Source: Cellvibrionales bacterium (lineage in GTDB: Bacteria; Pseudomonadota; Gammaproteobacteria; Pseudomonadales; UBA7434). Taken from it: a stretch of DNA of 40,859 nucleotides. The notes beneath the pieces were generated by a model. The model was not told the origin of the DNA and did no database searches. It was given only the letters and a program-made list of their open reading frames with translations. Made by a program: the position numbers and the translations under genes. The stretch is from positions 1-40,859 of the forward strand of contig PBSZ01000062.1 in the NCBI GenBank assembly GCA_002726445.1, given 5' to 3'. This document shows, piece after piece, positions 1 through 8,983 of this stretch (position 1 is the first letter of the stretch; each line of letters starts with the position of its first letter).

Positions 1-2
1 GC

Positions 3-398
3 TTAGCCAAAACCGCTGAGCAAGTTATGCGTGCCCGCTACAGCGCCTATGTTACTGGTGAGATAGACTTCCTACACGATTCTCTACACCCCGATAGCCG
101 CGACGAATTTGACTTTGATTCAACCAAACAGTGGGCCGAAAGTTCAAACTGGCACAGTTTAAACATTATTGCGCTTAAGGCCGGTACCGAGCAGGACAAA
201 GCTGGCAGTGTTGACTTTATAGCTCATTATACTGATGCCGACGACGTCGATCATCGCCACTGCGAGCGTTCTCAGTTTAAACGAGCCGAGAACAGCTGGT
301 TTTTTTGCGATGGCCAGACTATCGCCCCTGAAAAAATCGGCAGAAATGACCCCTGCAGCTGCGGTAGCGGCAAAAAGTTTAAGAAATGTTGCGCTTAA
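3..398 (+). CDS. ychJ: YchJ-family SEC-C motif protein (UPF0225), 5' end truncated by the window edge
   Basis: The frame is open from base 3 ([16 protein letters not shown]...), matching the conserved YchJ core (E. coli ...HLMRSRYCAF...). The C-terminus [19 protein letters not shown] is the SEC-C metal-binding motif. The ATG at 27 is internal to the family alignment. Confidence 0.8.
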   Translation, partial: LAKTAEQVMRARYSAYVTGEIDFLHDSLHPDSRDEFDFDSTKQWAESSNWHSLNIIALKAGTEQDKAGSVDFIAHYTDADDVDHRHCERSQFKRAENSWFFCDGQTIAPEKIGRNDPCSCGSGKKFKKCCA

Positions 399-441
399 AT
401 TGAGCAGGAAGGAAAGAAAAACACAATAATTCGGCTGTTAC

Positions 442-470
442 TTGACCTTAGCGACGAGAATACCTATGAT
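442..470 (+). promoter_or_regulatory. sigma70-type promoter for the initiator tRNA
   Basis: TTGACC (442-447), a 17-nt spacer, then TATGAT (465-470). A GC-rich discriminator gcacgccc follows, typical of stringently controlled stable-RNA promoters. It lies about 80 nt upstream of the tRNA. Confidence 0.6.
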
Positions 471-552
471 GCACGCCCTTCCTGATGTGACATCGCAGGA
501 AGGTAATTCAAGCAAGTAGTGGTAAACCAGACACTACTTAGGCATGTATTGA

Positions 553-629
<77 letters not shown>

Positions 630-671
630 ATTTCTAGTTAATCCCATTCGATTTATAGCCTAACACCCGCC

Positions 672-1475
672 TCAACTCTCTAACGGTTTAAATGCCAATA
701 GCTCTGAAGCATTATCCGTAAAATCAATAAATGAAAGATGCGTGTGTTCAGCCTCTTTAATCTGCGCTTCGCTGTAGGTATGGCAAATACCCACCATGTG
801 ATCGCCGACAAATTTACGCGTGCCACCCAACTGGTTAATATCAAATATTCGCGCTTGAGAAACCAAATAACCCTTTTGCGCTAGCCAAGCCCATTCTTTT
901 TGTTGTTCATCTTCAGGGTACAAAGCTTCTAGCCATTTTGAAAAGCCCGATCGCAAGGTATGACCATCAAGCGCACTGGGTTCGAAAATCTGCCAATCTC
1001 TGACCATCCAAGTCAGCACGCGCTGTCCGTCTTGAAAGACCTCTAACGGTCTCGGTTGTTTAGCCTCAGTCTCATCAGGAATTTGAATGTCGTATACCCG
1101 CACTGAATCTGTGCGATGAATATGTTGGTAGGCTAGAACACTTAAATCAAACAAGTGCGTGCATTGCAAGCGCGGTGTTAACTGCTTAGCAAGCTCGCCC
1201 GCAGATAAACCCAGCGGCATTCCTATTATGGCTGTTAAGGGATTAACCGCTGTCGAACAGGTGGTCATCGGGTAGCGAATTGTCTCGGCAAGAACGTCAA
1301 TAATGCGGTTGCCTTCAAACGCTAATCTAACTTTAAAGGCATGGCTGCTGTCTTCGAGCTCGCCAAACACCCAGCCATCACCAGAGGTGAGTCTTATTCT
1401 ACGGCGAAACATACCCGTCCCATAAGCAGGGTTGGTTGGCGCGACATCATTAGGATTGTTATCTGGGTTACTCAT
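672..1475 (-). CDS. hypothetical protein, DUF2889-like
   Basis: 267-aa ORF. The pattern FRRRIRL...GELEDSSHAFKV...YPMTTCSTAV...LQCTHLFDL resembles the DUF2889 family from memory. No enzymatic motif was recognised. Confidence 0.5.
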   Translation of the reverse strand: MSNPDNNPNDVAPTNPAYGTGMFRRRIRLTSGDGWVFGELEDSSHAFKVRLAFEGNRIIDVLAETIRYPMTTCSTAVNPLTAIIGMPLGLSAGELAKQLTPRLQCTHLFDLSVLAYQHIHRTDSVRVYDIQIPDETEAKQPRPLEVFQDGQRVLTWMVRDWQIFEPSALDGHTLRSGFSKWLEALYPEDEQQKEWAWLAQKGYLVSQARIFDINQLGGTRKFVGDHMVGICHTYSEAQIKEAEHTHLSFIDFTDNASELLAFKPLES

Positions 1476-1572
1476 AAGCGCTATTCAATCATATAAGGGG
1501 GGCTATAGAAACTAATTCAGTATTACTTGATTTAGTATTAGCTGTCTTGAGTTATACGTCACTTGTCGATAA

Positions 1573-1788
1573 TTAATCCGTCATACGATGAAAGCGCTCA
1601 AAGACTTTACCTTCACGTTCTATGCTCTCTGCAAACATGACTAGCGGTCGCACCCATAAACCAAAATCGCCGTATAAAGCCTTATACAATACCATTTCAT
1701 CCTGTGTTTCACTGTGTCTGACAATATCAATCACTTGGTAACGATTGCCTTTGAAATGTTGATAAATTCCGGGGGTAATGATCTGCAT
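1573..1788 (-). CDS. DUF1653 domain protein
   Basis: 71-aa ORF. YQHFKGNRYQV...RHSETQDEMVLYKALYG...WVRPLVMF matches the DUF1653 signature. Its start codon lies 2 nt after the recJ stop. Confidence 0.6.
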   Translation of the reverse strand: MQIITPGIYQHFKGNRYQVIDIVRHSETQDEMVLYKALYGDFGLWVRPLVMFAESIEREGKVFERFHRMTD

Positions 1789-1790
1789 GC

Positions 1791-3554
1791 TTAACTCACT
1801 TTCTCAATATGCTGAATTATTAATTGCACCGTTTCTCGATTACGAAACCGATTCACATCTAAACGGTAGGCTGCCGTAATGGTCGTCGCCTTGGGATCGG
1901 GCCATGCGGTAACATCAACATTAAAGGCAATCGCATCAATGATATGTTGGGAGTCATCCACCATACTGAGCACCAGCTTTAAGTGTTTTTCACCCACAAT
2001 ACGTTGTTGAACCACCGTAAACTGATTATCAAATAGGGGTTCGGGGAAACTCTGCCCCCATGGCACGGCATAGTGAATTAGCTTGGCGTTTGCGAGCGAA
2101 ATTTCACTACCCGCTAACCGCCCATCACTTAAAACCGAGGCTTGTAAGTCCTCTTCCGTTAGATGCTTTTGAGCTTCACGATCAAAAGCGGCTGCAAAAG
2201 CTTCATAATCGCTACGTTTTAGACTAAGCCCGGCTGCCATCGCATGACCACCAAACTTAGCCACTAGCCCAGGGCATTCGGTGGCAACAGCTTCAAGTGC
2301 ATCACGAATATGAAACCCGCTGATTGATCGAGCCGAGCCCTTTAATTCATCGCAGTCTGGGTTATCATTGGATAAAGCAAAGCAAATCACCGGGCGATGA
2401 TGCTGCTCTTTAATCCGCGAGGCCAAAATACCCACGACACCTTGATGCCAGTCAGCGTTAAACAGACACATTCCGATAGGTAAATCTTGGGTGCTATCAA
2501 TAGCTTCTAAAGCCGCTTCAGCCTGTTGCTGCATACCCTGCTCTATGTGGCGTCGGTCGAGATTAATCTCATCAAGACTCTGCGCTAAATCATCGGCAAA
2601 GGCTTGATCTTCGGTGAGCAAGCAGGCAATACCAATGGATATATCATCAAGTCGTCCGGCCGCATTCAGTCGCGGCCCTAAGGCAAACCCTATGTCGCTG
2701 GCAGAAAGATTGGCGGCAGAGCGTTTAGCTATTTTTATCAACGCCTGAATCCCTTTACAGCAATCTCCGCGGCGAATGCGGCGTAAACCTTGCTCGACCA
2801 AAATACGATTATTTTTATCCAGCGGCACCACATCTGCAACAGTGCCTAAGGCCACTAAGTCTAAGAACTGAGCCATATTCGGCTCTTTTAGCTGATCCGA
2901 AAACCAATTGCGTTGACGTAAAGCAGACCGCAATGCCAACATCACATAAAAAATAACACCCACACCGGCCAAGTGCTTACTGGGAAACGAGCAACCCGTT
3001 TGATTAGGATTGACGATAGCATCGGCAGCAGGCAATTGCGCGCCCGGTAGGTGGTGATCGGTAATAAGGACTCTTATTCCCGCAGCTTTAGCGGCCGCAA
3101 CACCGTCGACGCTGGCAATGCCATTATCAACAGTAATAATTAAAGCAGGATTTTGCTGCTGTGCGACAGCAACAATTTCAGGGGTGAGCCCATAACCAAA
3201 CTCAAATCGATTAGGGACAATAAAGCGAACGTTGCTATGACCCATTTGCTCAAGTGCGCGAACCGCTAAGGCACAACTACTAGCACCATCGACATCAAAA
3301 TCACCAACAATCAAAATACGTGACTGACTTTCGATCACGGCGATAAGCTCCGCTACCGCTGCATCGATCCCCTGCAATAATTCAGGCGCCAATAAACCCG
3401 CCATCGACACATCAACATCGGCGGAAGAGCGAGCGCCTCGCGCAATAAACAAGCGGCGTAATAAAGGGGGGCAGTCGGCCTTAAAATCAACTTCGTCGAG
3501 CGAATACTGAGGCTGTCGCTGAAGGACTGAGGTCACAGGGCTATAACTGGTCAA
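1791..3554 (-). CDS. recJ: single-stranded-DNA-specific exonuclease RecJ
   Basis: 587 aa. Has the DHH-family motifs (VGDFDVDGASS, ITVDNG, ITDHH, GGHAMAAG) and a RecJ-like N-terminus PPLLRRLFIARG. The annotated start at 3554 is TTG and overlaps the thrC stop. A GTG at 3536 is an alternative. Confidence 0.9.
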   Translation of the reverse strand: MTSYSPVTSVLQRQPQYSLDEVDFKADCPPLLRRLFIARGARSSADVDVSMAGLLAPELLQGIDAAVAELIAVIESQSRILIVGDFDVDGASSCALAVRALEQMGHSNVRFIVPNRFEFGYGLTPEIVAVAQQQNPALIITVDNGIASVDGVAAAKAAGIRVLITDHHLPGAQLPAADAIVNPNQTGCSFPSKHLAGVGVIFYVMLALRSALRQRNWFSDQLKEPNMAQFLDLVALGTVADVVPLDKNNRILVEQGLRRIRRGDCCKGIQALIKIAKRSAANLSASDIGFALGPRLNAAGRLDDISIGIACLLTEDQAFADDLAQSLDEINLDRRHIEQGMQQQAEAALEAIDSTQDLPIGMCLFNADWHQGVVGILASRIKEQHHRPVICFALSNDNPDCDELKGSARSISGFHIRDALEAVATECPGLVAKFGGHAMAAGLSLKRSDYEAFAAAFDREAQKHLTEEDLQASVLSDGRLAGSEISLANAKLIHYAVPWGQSFPEPLFDNQFTVVQQRIVGEKHLKLVLSMVDDSQHIIDAIAFNVDVTAWPDPKATTITAAYRLDVNRFRNRETVQLIIQHIEKVS

Positions 3555-4938
3555 TCATGAATTGGTTAACCGAAGCCTTATCATTCGATAACACCGTAAA
3601 TCGTTCTTCACGCTCAAAAAGATCACTCATATGCGCAGGTACAGTGGCGCTTATATTAATATCCGCTTTTTCAATCGCAGCAGGAAATTTCGCCGGATGC
3701 GCAGTGGCTAAAATCACCATCGGTTGAGCGGGATCTTTATTGCAAATACGCGCAGCACCCACGCCAGTGGCTGAATGCGGATCGAGTAAATAACCCATAG
3801 TGTTATAGGTATTAGCAATAATATCGCAGGTCGCTTGATCGTCGATAGACGCACTCGAAAATAAAGCTCTGGCTTTTTTCATAGCCGCTCCATTCAAGGT
3901 AATAGCTTCACGATTAAACTGCTGCATTAAGGCATTGATTTTTACGCCATCCGATTCGTACAAATCAAACATAAGCCGTTCGAAATTACTAGAAACACTG
4001 ATATCCATACTGGGCGATAAGGTTTGATGCAACTCAGTTCGAGCGTACACAGCATCACTCATGACCCGGTGCAAAACATTATTTTTATTTGTCGCAATGA
4101 TTAGCTGGCCAATAGGAAGGCCCATTTTTCTAGCCAAGTAACCCGCAAAGATATCTCCAAAATTACCGGTTGGCACTGAAAATGCGATAGGCTTTTTCTC
4201 AGCACCCAAGGATAAAGAGGCATAAAAATAATAAACAATCTGCGCCATAATGCGCGCCCAATTAATCGAATTGACTGCAACTAATTGCACGCCTTCAGGT
4301 AAAAAAGACTGATCTCTAAAGCTCGCCTTAACAATATCTTGGCAGTCATCAAAGTTTCCTTCGATAGCAATATTATGAATATTATCTTCTAACACGGTAG
4401 TCATTTGGCGACGTTGCACTTCAGACACACGATTGTGTGGATGCAAAATAAAAATATCAATATTGTCACAACGACGACAGCCTTCAATGGCCGCAGAGCC
4501 GGTATCACCCGACGTCGCCCCCATTATAACAACGCGTTGGTTTCGGCGTTTAAGCACGTAATCGAGCAGGCGTCCCAGTAGTTGCAAAGCAAAATCTTTA
4601 AACGCTAAGGTTGGCCCTTGAAATAACTCGAGCAGCCATTCATTCCTGTCTAACTGCACTAAGGGCGCAACCGCTGGATGCGAAAAATCAGCATAAGTTT
4701 CAGCTAAAATCGCTTTAAAATCTTCGGCAGGGATACAATCGCTGACAAACGGCAGCAATATTTCATAGGCCAGTTCGTGATAAGCCAAACCTGACCAACT
4801 GGCAATTTTTTCTGGGCTAAAAGATGGCAATTCAGCGGGCACATAGAGCCCTCCATCACTGGCTAAACCAGTAAGCAAAACCTCTTCAAAGTTCAACGAT
4901 GGTGCATCGCCACGGGTGCTTATGTATTTCACGATCAC
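3541..4938 (-). CDS. thrC: threonine synthase (long form)
   Basis: 465 aa. MIVKYISTRG..., a PLP-lysine context GPTLAFKDFALQ, and GATSGDTGSAA. It follows hom, as in Pseudomonas. Confidence 0.92.
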   Translation of the reverse strand: MIVKYISTRGDAPSLNFEEVLLTGLASDGGLYVPAELPSFSPEKIASWSGLAYHELAYEILLPFVSDCIPAEDFKAILAETYADFSHPAVAPLVQLDRNEWLLELFQGPTLAFKDFALQLLGRLLDYVLKRRNQRVVIMGATSGDTGSAAIEGCRRCDNIDIFILHPHNRVSEVQRRQMTTVLEDNIHNIAIEGNFDDCQDIVKASFRDQSFLPEGVQLVAVNSINWARIMAQIVYYFYASLSLGAEKKPIAFSVPTGNFGDIFAGYLARKMGLPIGQLIIATNKNNVLHRVMSDAVYARTELHQTLSPSMDISVSSNFERLMFDLYESDGVKINALMQQFNREAITLNGAAMKKARALFSSASIDDQATCDIIANTYNTMGYLLDPHSATGVGAARICNKDPAQPMVILATAHPAKFPAAIEKADINISATVPAHMSDLFEREERFTVLSNDKASVNQFMIDQL

Positions 4939-5037
4939 TCTCTATATAACGGTTTAACTATTTAACTGTTTAATTCACTAACCATCAGCCCAATCAATCT
5001 TAGCTGCCTATCTTCGATAAACGAAGGATAAAGCCGA

Positions 5038-6354
5038 TTAGGACAAACTTTCAACTCGAATAAAAGTTACTTTATCAGTAACCGATGCGAGCGCCTCAAT
5101 ATGATTGACGGCTTCGGTAAAGCTAGCCTCTCGAATCACATTGGTGATCAAAACGACGGCAACATGGCCTGCAGGCAAACCGTGGCCCTGATGCTGATCA
5201 GATTCTTTTTGTAACACCGCGTCAAGACTAATACCCGAATCGCTGAAGATTTGTGTAATATGCGACAGTACGCCAGGTTTATCATCAACCGTTACTCTCA
5301 AATAATACGCGCTTTCAATGTCATTAATCGGCACAATGGTCTTTTCAGTCAAGGCATGACTCGCTAAACCCAGTGCGGGCAGATCTTGCGAGGCTTCGCC
5401 TAAGCGAGCCAAATCAACAATATCGGCAATAACAGAAGACGCTGTAGGTTCCGCTCCTGCGCCGGCGCCATAATACAAGGTCGCATTCACTGCATCGCCT
5501 TTTACCAACACGGCATTCATTACGCCATCAACATTGGCGATTAAACGGCGATAGGGTATTAAGGTTGGATGAACACGCATTTCGACACCTTTGGCCGTTC
5601 GACGCGCAATACCTAAATGCTTAATTCGATAGCCCAATTCGCTTGCCAAGCTAACATCTTGAGGGGCCACGGCAGAAATACCCTCAGTAAAACAGGCATC
5701 AAAATTAAGTGGCATAGCAAACGCTAAAGAAGCTAAAATAGACAACTTATGCGCCGCATCAATACCCTCAACATCGAAAGTAGGATCAGCTTCTGCATAG
5801 CCCAGCTGCTGGGCATCCGCCAACACATCGGCAAACAAACGACCTTTATCGCGCATCTCAGTTAAAATGTAATTGCCTGTGCCGTTGATAATACCCGCTA
5901 ACCATTGAATTTTGTTGGCACTCAAACCTTCGCGCAAGGCCTTAATAATAGGAATGCCGCCGGCCACTGCCGCCTCATAACGAACCGCAACACCCTTTGC
6001 TTCGGCCGCTGAAAAAATAGCATTGCCATGCACAGCAATTAAGGCCTTATTGGCAGTGACAACGTGTTTACCGTTAGCTATTGCCTGCATAACCAAATCA
6101 AGTGCTGGCTCATAACCGCCAATTAATTCAACCACAATATCAACATCAGGGTCATTGACTACGGCAAAAATATCATCACTGACCTTCATGCCTTCAGTAT
6201 TTAGATCGGGTTTAGCGCTTCTTGTGCCCACATGCAACACGCAAACTTTTCGACCTGCGCGGCCAGCAATGAGCGCTGCATTACCCTGCAGCACTGAGAG
6301 CACGCCAGCGCCAACCGTTCCTAAACCACAGATACCTATATTAATTTCTTTCAC
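5038..6354 (-). CDS. hom: homoserine dehydrogenase
   Basis: 438 aa. N-terminal Rossmann fold IGICGLGTVGAG, a central catalytic domain (VVTANKALIA, GTGNYILT) and a C-terminal ACT-like domain. Confidence 0.92.
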   Translation of the reverse strand: MKEINIGICGLGTVGAGVLSVLQGNAALIAGRAGRKVCVLHVGTRSAKPDLNTEGMKVSDDIFAVVNDPDVDIVVELIGGYEPALDLVMQAIANGKHVVTANKALIAVHGNAIFSAAEAKGVAVRYEAAVAGGIPIIKALREGLSANKIQWLAGIINGTGNYILTEMRDKGRLFADVLADAQQLGYAEADPTFDVEGIDAAHKLSILASLAFAMPLNFDACFTEGISAVAPQDVSLASELGYRIKHLGIARRTAKGVEMRVHPTLIPYRRLIANVDGVMNAVLVKGDAVNATLYYGAGAGAEPTASSVIADIVDLARLGEASQDLPALGLASHALTEKTIVPINDIESAYYLRVTVDDKPGVLSHITQIFSDSGISLDAVLQKESDQHQGHGLPAGHVAVVLITNVIREASFTEAVNHIEALASVTDKVTFIRVESLS

Positions 6355-6390
6355 ACGACTTCCATCTTAACTATCACTTAATCGATTAAA

Positions 6391-6417
6391 GCAAAAACGC
6401 AGCTCGGTGGCTGCGCT
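6391..6417 (-). terminator. rho-independent terminator-like hairpin downstream of dsbC
   Basis: On the minus strand: CGCAGC-caccga-GCTGCG followed by TTTTT. It lies 27 nt after the dsbC stop and about 40 nt before the hom start. Confidence 0.5.
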
Positions 6418-6443
6418 TTCAACTCGATGTTACAAACCAACAA

Positions 6444-7175
6444 TTACAAGCCTAATGCTCGCGCTAATTTATCAGCCGGCATGTAGCCCGGCAATAATAC
6501 TCCCGCCTCAGTGATCAATGCCGGCGTTCCTTTCACGCCAAGATCACTGCCTAAAGCAAATTGCTGCGCGATAGGGTTATCTTCACACACATTACTCGGA
6601 ATATCACCACCCGATTTTAGTGTGGTTAAAGAACTTTGTGGATCTGCAGCACACCATGCTGAAGCTATTTTTTGGTAACTGTCTGAGCCGATGCCTGCGC
6701 GAGGGTAGGCCAAATAGCGCACTTCAATCCCAAGGGCTTCCAAGGCAGGAACTTCTTGATGCAGTTTTTGACAGTAGTAACAGTCAACATCAGTGAAGAC
6801 GTAAACGTGGGCTTTACTTTTCTCAGGCGCAAACACAATCATATCGCTAAGTGACAATGTCGATAAGGCGACGACCCGTTCTTTTTCTTTTGCCTGCTCG
6901 CCTAAATTGACCAAGCCATTATCACTGAGGGCATAAAAGTCACCAGTAAAAAAATGCTGGCCATCTTCGGTTAAATAAATCGTCGGACCATTAGCAATAT
7001 CGACTTGAAATATACCTTTAGCCGCAGTTTCATTCACCGACTTAACCACAAAATCAGGCCGTATTTTAGTCAGCTTTTCCAGCATGGCCTCATGTTTATG
7101 GTCATCGGCAAAGGCCGAAAAGGAAAAGACAGAAGAAATTAAAAAGCTAAATAAAAACAATATCTTATACATCAA
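6444..7175 (-). CDS. dsbC: thiol:disulfide interchange protein DsbC
   Basis: 243 aa with a signal peptide and a thioredoxin-fold active site CYYC (DVDCYYCQKLH). It sits directly downstream of xerD, as in E. coli and Pseudomonas. Confidence 0.88.
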   Translation of the reverse strand: MMYKILFLFSFLISSVFSFSAFADDHKHEAMLEKLTKIRPDFVVKSVNETAAKGIFQVDIANGPTIYLTEDGQHFFTGDFYALSDNGLVNLGEQAKEKERVVALSTLSLSDMIVFAPEKSKAHVYVFTDVDCYYCQKLHQEVPALEALGIEVRYLAYPRAGIGSDSYQKIASAWCAADPQSSLTTLKSGGDIPSNVCEDNPIAQQFALGSDLGVKGTPALITEAGVLLPGYMPADKLARALGL

Positions 7176-7308
7176 ATTACCCTTTTTTATCCGACATCAT
7201 CAGTGGTTAGCAGGTTTAGATCAGTTTAAATGGCGAATGTTCCGTGTTCGGTATGACAGAATCACTGCGTTAAAACTATTGTAGCAGTTAAATAAGCTCT
7301 TTGGGGAA

Positions 7309-8232
7309 TTATGCGCGCGGATGATGGGCCGCATGCAAGGCTTGCAGGCGGTGTTTAGCGACATGGGTGTAAATTTGGGTAGTGGATAAATCGCTATGGC
7401 CAAGCAGCACCTGTACGACCCTAAGATCAGCACCGTGATTAAGTAAATGCGTAGCAAAGGCATGTCGTAAACCGTGCGGTGACAATGCAGTCGTTAGACC
7501 TACACGAGAAGCATACAACTTTATTCGATACCAAAACGCTTGGCGAGTCATCATATGACCACGACGGCTGAGAAAAACAATGGCCGAACGGGGATCTACG
7601 CCTTTCTGTGATAAAAATTTCTTTCTTGCACCCGCAAAATACTGCTGCAAATAGTCAATTGCCTGATCACCTAAAGGTACCAAGCGTTCTTTGCCACCTT
7701 TACCGATGACGCGAACTACGCCTTGACGTAAGTTGATTGATGCCATGGTTAAACCAATCAATTCAGACACCCTTAGACCACTTGCGTAGAGTAATTCCAG
7801 CATAGCCTTATCGCGCTGCTCAATAGCGATCGATAAGTCCGGCGCCGATAACAAGGCTTCAACTTCACTTTCGGTTAAGGTTTTAGGCAGTGAACGACCT
7901 AATTTAGGTGGCTCTAAACGCAGCGCAGGATCGCTAGCCAAAAGCGATTCTCGCAAACAATAACGATAGAATCCCCGCGCGCTCGAAACCATTCGAGCTT
8001 GTGATCGAGGACTGCGATTGGCTTGGGCTAAACTGGCTAAATAGCCAATTAAATCGGCATGATCTGCAGTTAATAGCGTTGCTGGCACTGTCAATAAATA
8101 GCGCGCTAACGCGCTTAAGTCGCGTGTATAGGCATCGAGAGAATGCTGACTTAAGCCGCGTTCCATCCATACCGCGTCGATATAGCGCTCAATAAGTGCC
8201 TGGTCTGCTTCAGACAGTGCTTGCTTTGCCAC
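7309..8232 (-). CDS. xerD: site-specific tyrosine recombinase XerD
   Basis: 307 aa. Catalytic signature ...GLRVSEL..., HGLRHAFATHLL, LLGHSDLSTTQIYTH. Conserved xerD-dsbC neighbourhood. Confidence 0.92.
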   Translation of the reverse strand: MAKQALSEADQALIERYIDAVWMERGLSQHSLDAYTRDLSALARYLLTVPATLLTADHADLIGYLASLAQANRSPRSQARMVSSARGFYRYCLRESLLASDPALRLEPPKLGRSLPKTLTESEVEALLSAPDLSIAIEQRDKAMLELLYASGLRVSELIGLTMASINLRQGVVRVIGKGGKERLVPLGDQAIDYLQQYFAGARKKFLSQKGVDPRSAIVFLSRRGHMMTRQAFWYRIKLYASRVGLTTALSPHGLRHAFATHLLNHGADLRVVQVLLGHSDLSTTQIYTHVAKHRLQALHAAHHPRA

Positions 8233-8310
8233 TCAAAGTCGCCTCAACTCAATGAACTACCCAATAAAATAAACTCACACGACGCAACCAGCATCGAATA
8301 CCACTAAAGC

Positions 8311-8523
8311 TTAGTCGATATACCCCTCATTACGTAACTTGTTGTCGCTTAAGTACTCGCGTCGAGCCAGCGCCACGCCTAGTATCAGCAAAAACAGTAA
8401 GCCGAGCGTGATCATGACTTTAAGATAAATATCCCAAGCCATTAGCTCAAGCCAAATTTGCAAAATGGTCGCTATCGCCGCAAATGCGAACATAAGCAGA
8501 CAACTAATATACGCTATCTTCAT
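8311..8523 (-). CDS. small two-TM membrane protein, hypothetical
   Basis: 70 aa with two hydrophobic helices. Its ATG overlaps the stop of the upstream DUF4177 gene in an ATGA junction (8520-8523). Confidence 0.5.
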   Translation of the reverse strand: MKIAYISCLLMFAFAAIATILQIWLELMAWDIYLKVMITLGLLFLLILGVALARREYLSDNKLRNEGYID

Positions 8524-8729
8524 TCTCCTCTCCCCATCACTACGACATAGGCTTCACGTTTAAAAAAAAGCAACATACGACGGATATCTTTTTCCATCGT
8601 TTGAACCCGCCACCCTTCTTGCGCTTGAGCATTCAAAAACGCACTAAAACGAATAGGGTCAACCTTTGAACCGCCTAGCAGCAGCGAGCCCAGCATACCC
8701 TCTTGATAAATGACTACTTTATACTCCAT
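8520..8729 (-). CDS. DUF4177 domain protein
   Basis: MEYKVVIYQEG...FLNAQAQEGWRV is DUF4177-like. I prefer the start at 8729, where an AGGAG lies about 13 nt upstream, over the ORF-track start at 8777. Confidence 0.55.
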   Translation of the reverse strand: MEYKVVIYQEGMLGSLLLGGSKVDPIRFSAFLNAQAQEGWRVQTMEKDIRRMLLFFKREAYVVVMGRGE

Positions 8730-8900
8730 ATTGCCCCCCACTCCTACTTCAATCATGCCTGCACTCATGCTTAGCAAAGAACCGATAGTAAAAATTACTA
8801 ATACAGCTTAAAATTGCTTAGGCATTAAAATTGATACAATGATGAAAACAGCTTATTTTAAAGGGTTAACCAATAATAGACACTAAAAAATCCAGCCTTT

Positions 8901-8919
8901 ATGCGACAATATGTCGCAT
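8901..8919. promoter_or_regulatory. perfect 8-3-8 palindrome, candidate operator
   Basis: ATGCGACA-ATA-TGTCGCAT lies in the divergent intergenic region, 65 nt upstream of the outer-membrane protein ATG. It abuts a possible -35/-10 pair (TTGCTT at 8919-8924, a 16-nt spacer, then TAAGGT). Confidence 0.4.
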
Positions 8920-8983
8920 TGCTTTCAAATGGGCAAACTTTAAGGTAGCCACACTCAATCTCTACCATTACAGGACCGTTTTT

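Noticed and set aside
477-503. CCTTCC...GGAAGG dyad near the TTGACC -35, reminiscent of CueR/MerR-type operators (E. coli copA promoter)
   Set aside because: MerR-type dyads sit between the -35 and -10 of a 19-20-bp-spacer promoter. Here the spacer is 17 bp and the dyad lies downstream of the -10, inside the tRNA leader. It is more simply an RNA hairpin.
7381-7395. Single DnaA-box-like TTATCCAC (minus strand)
   Set aside because: It is an isolated occurrence inside the xerD coding sequence. There is no cluster and no AT-rich unwinding element.
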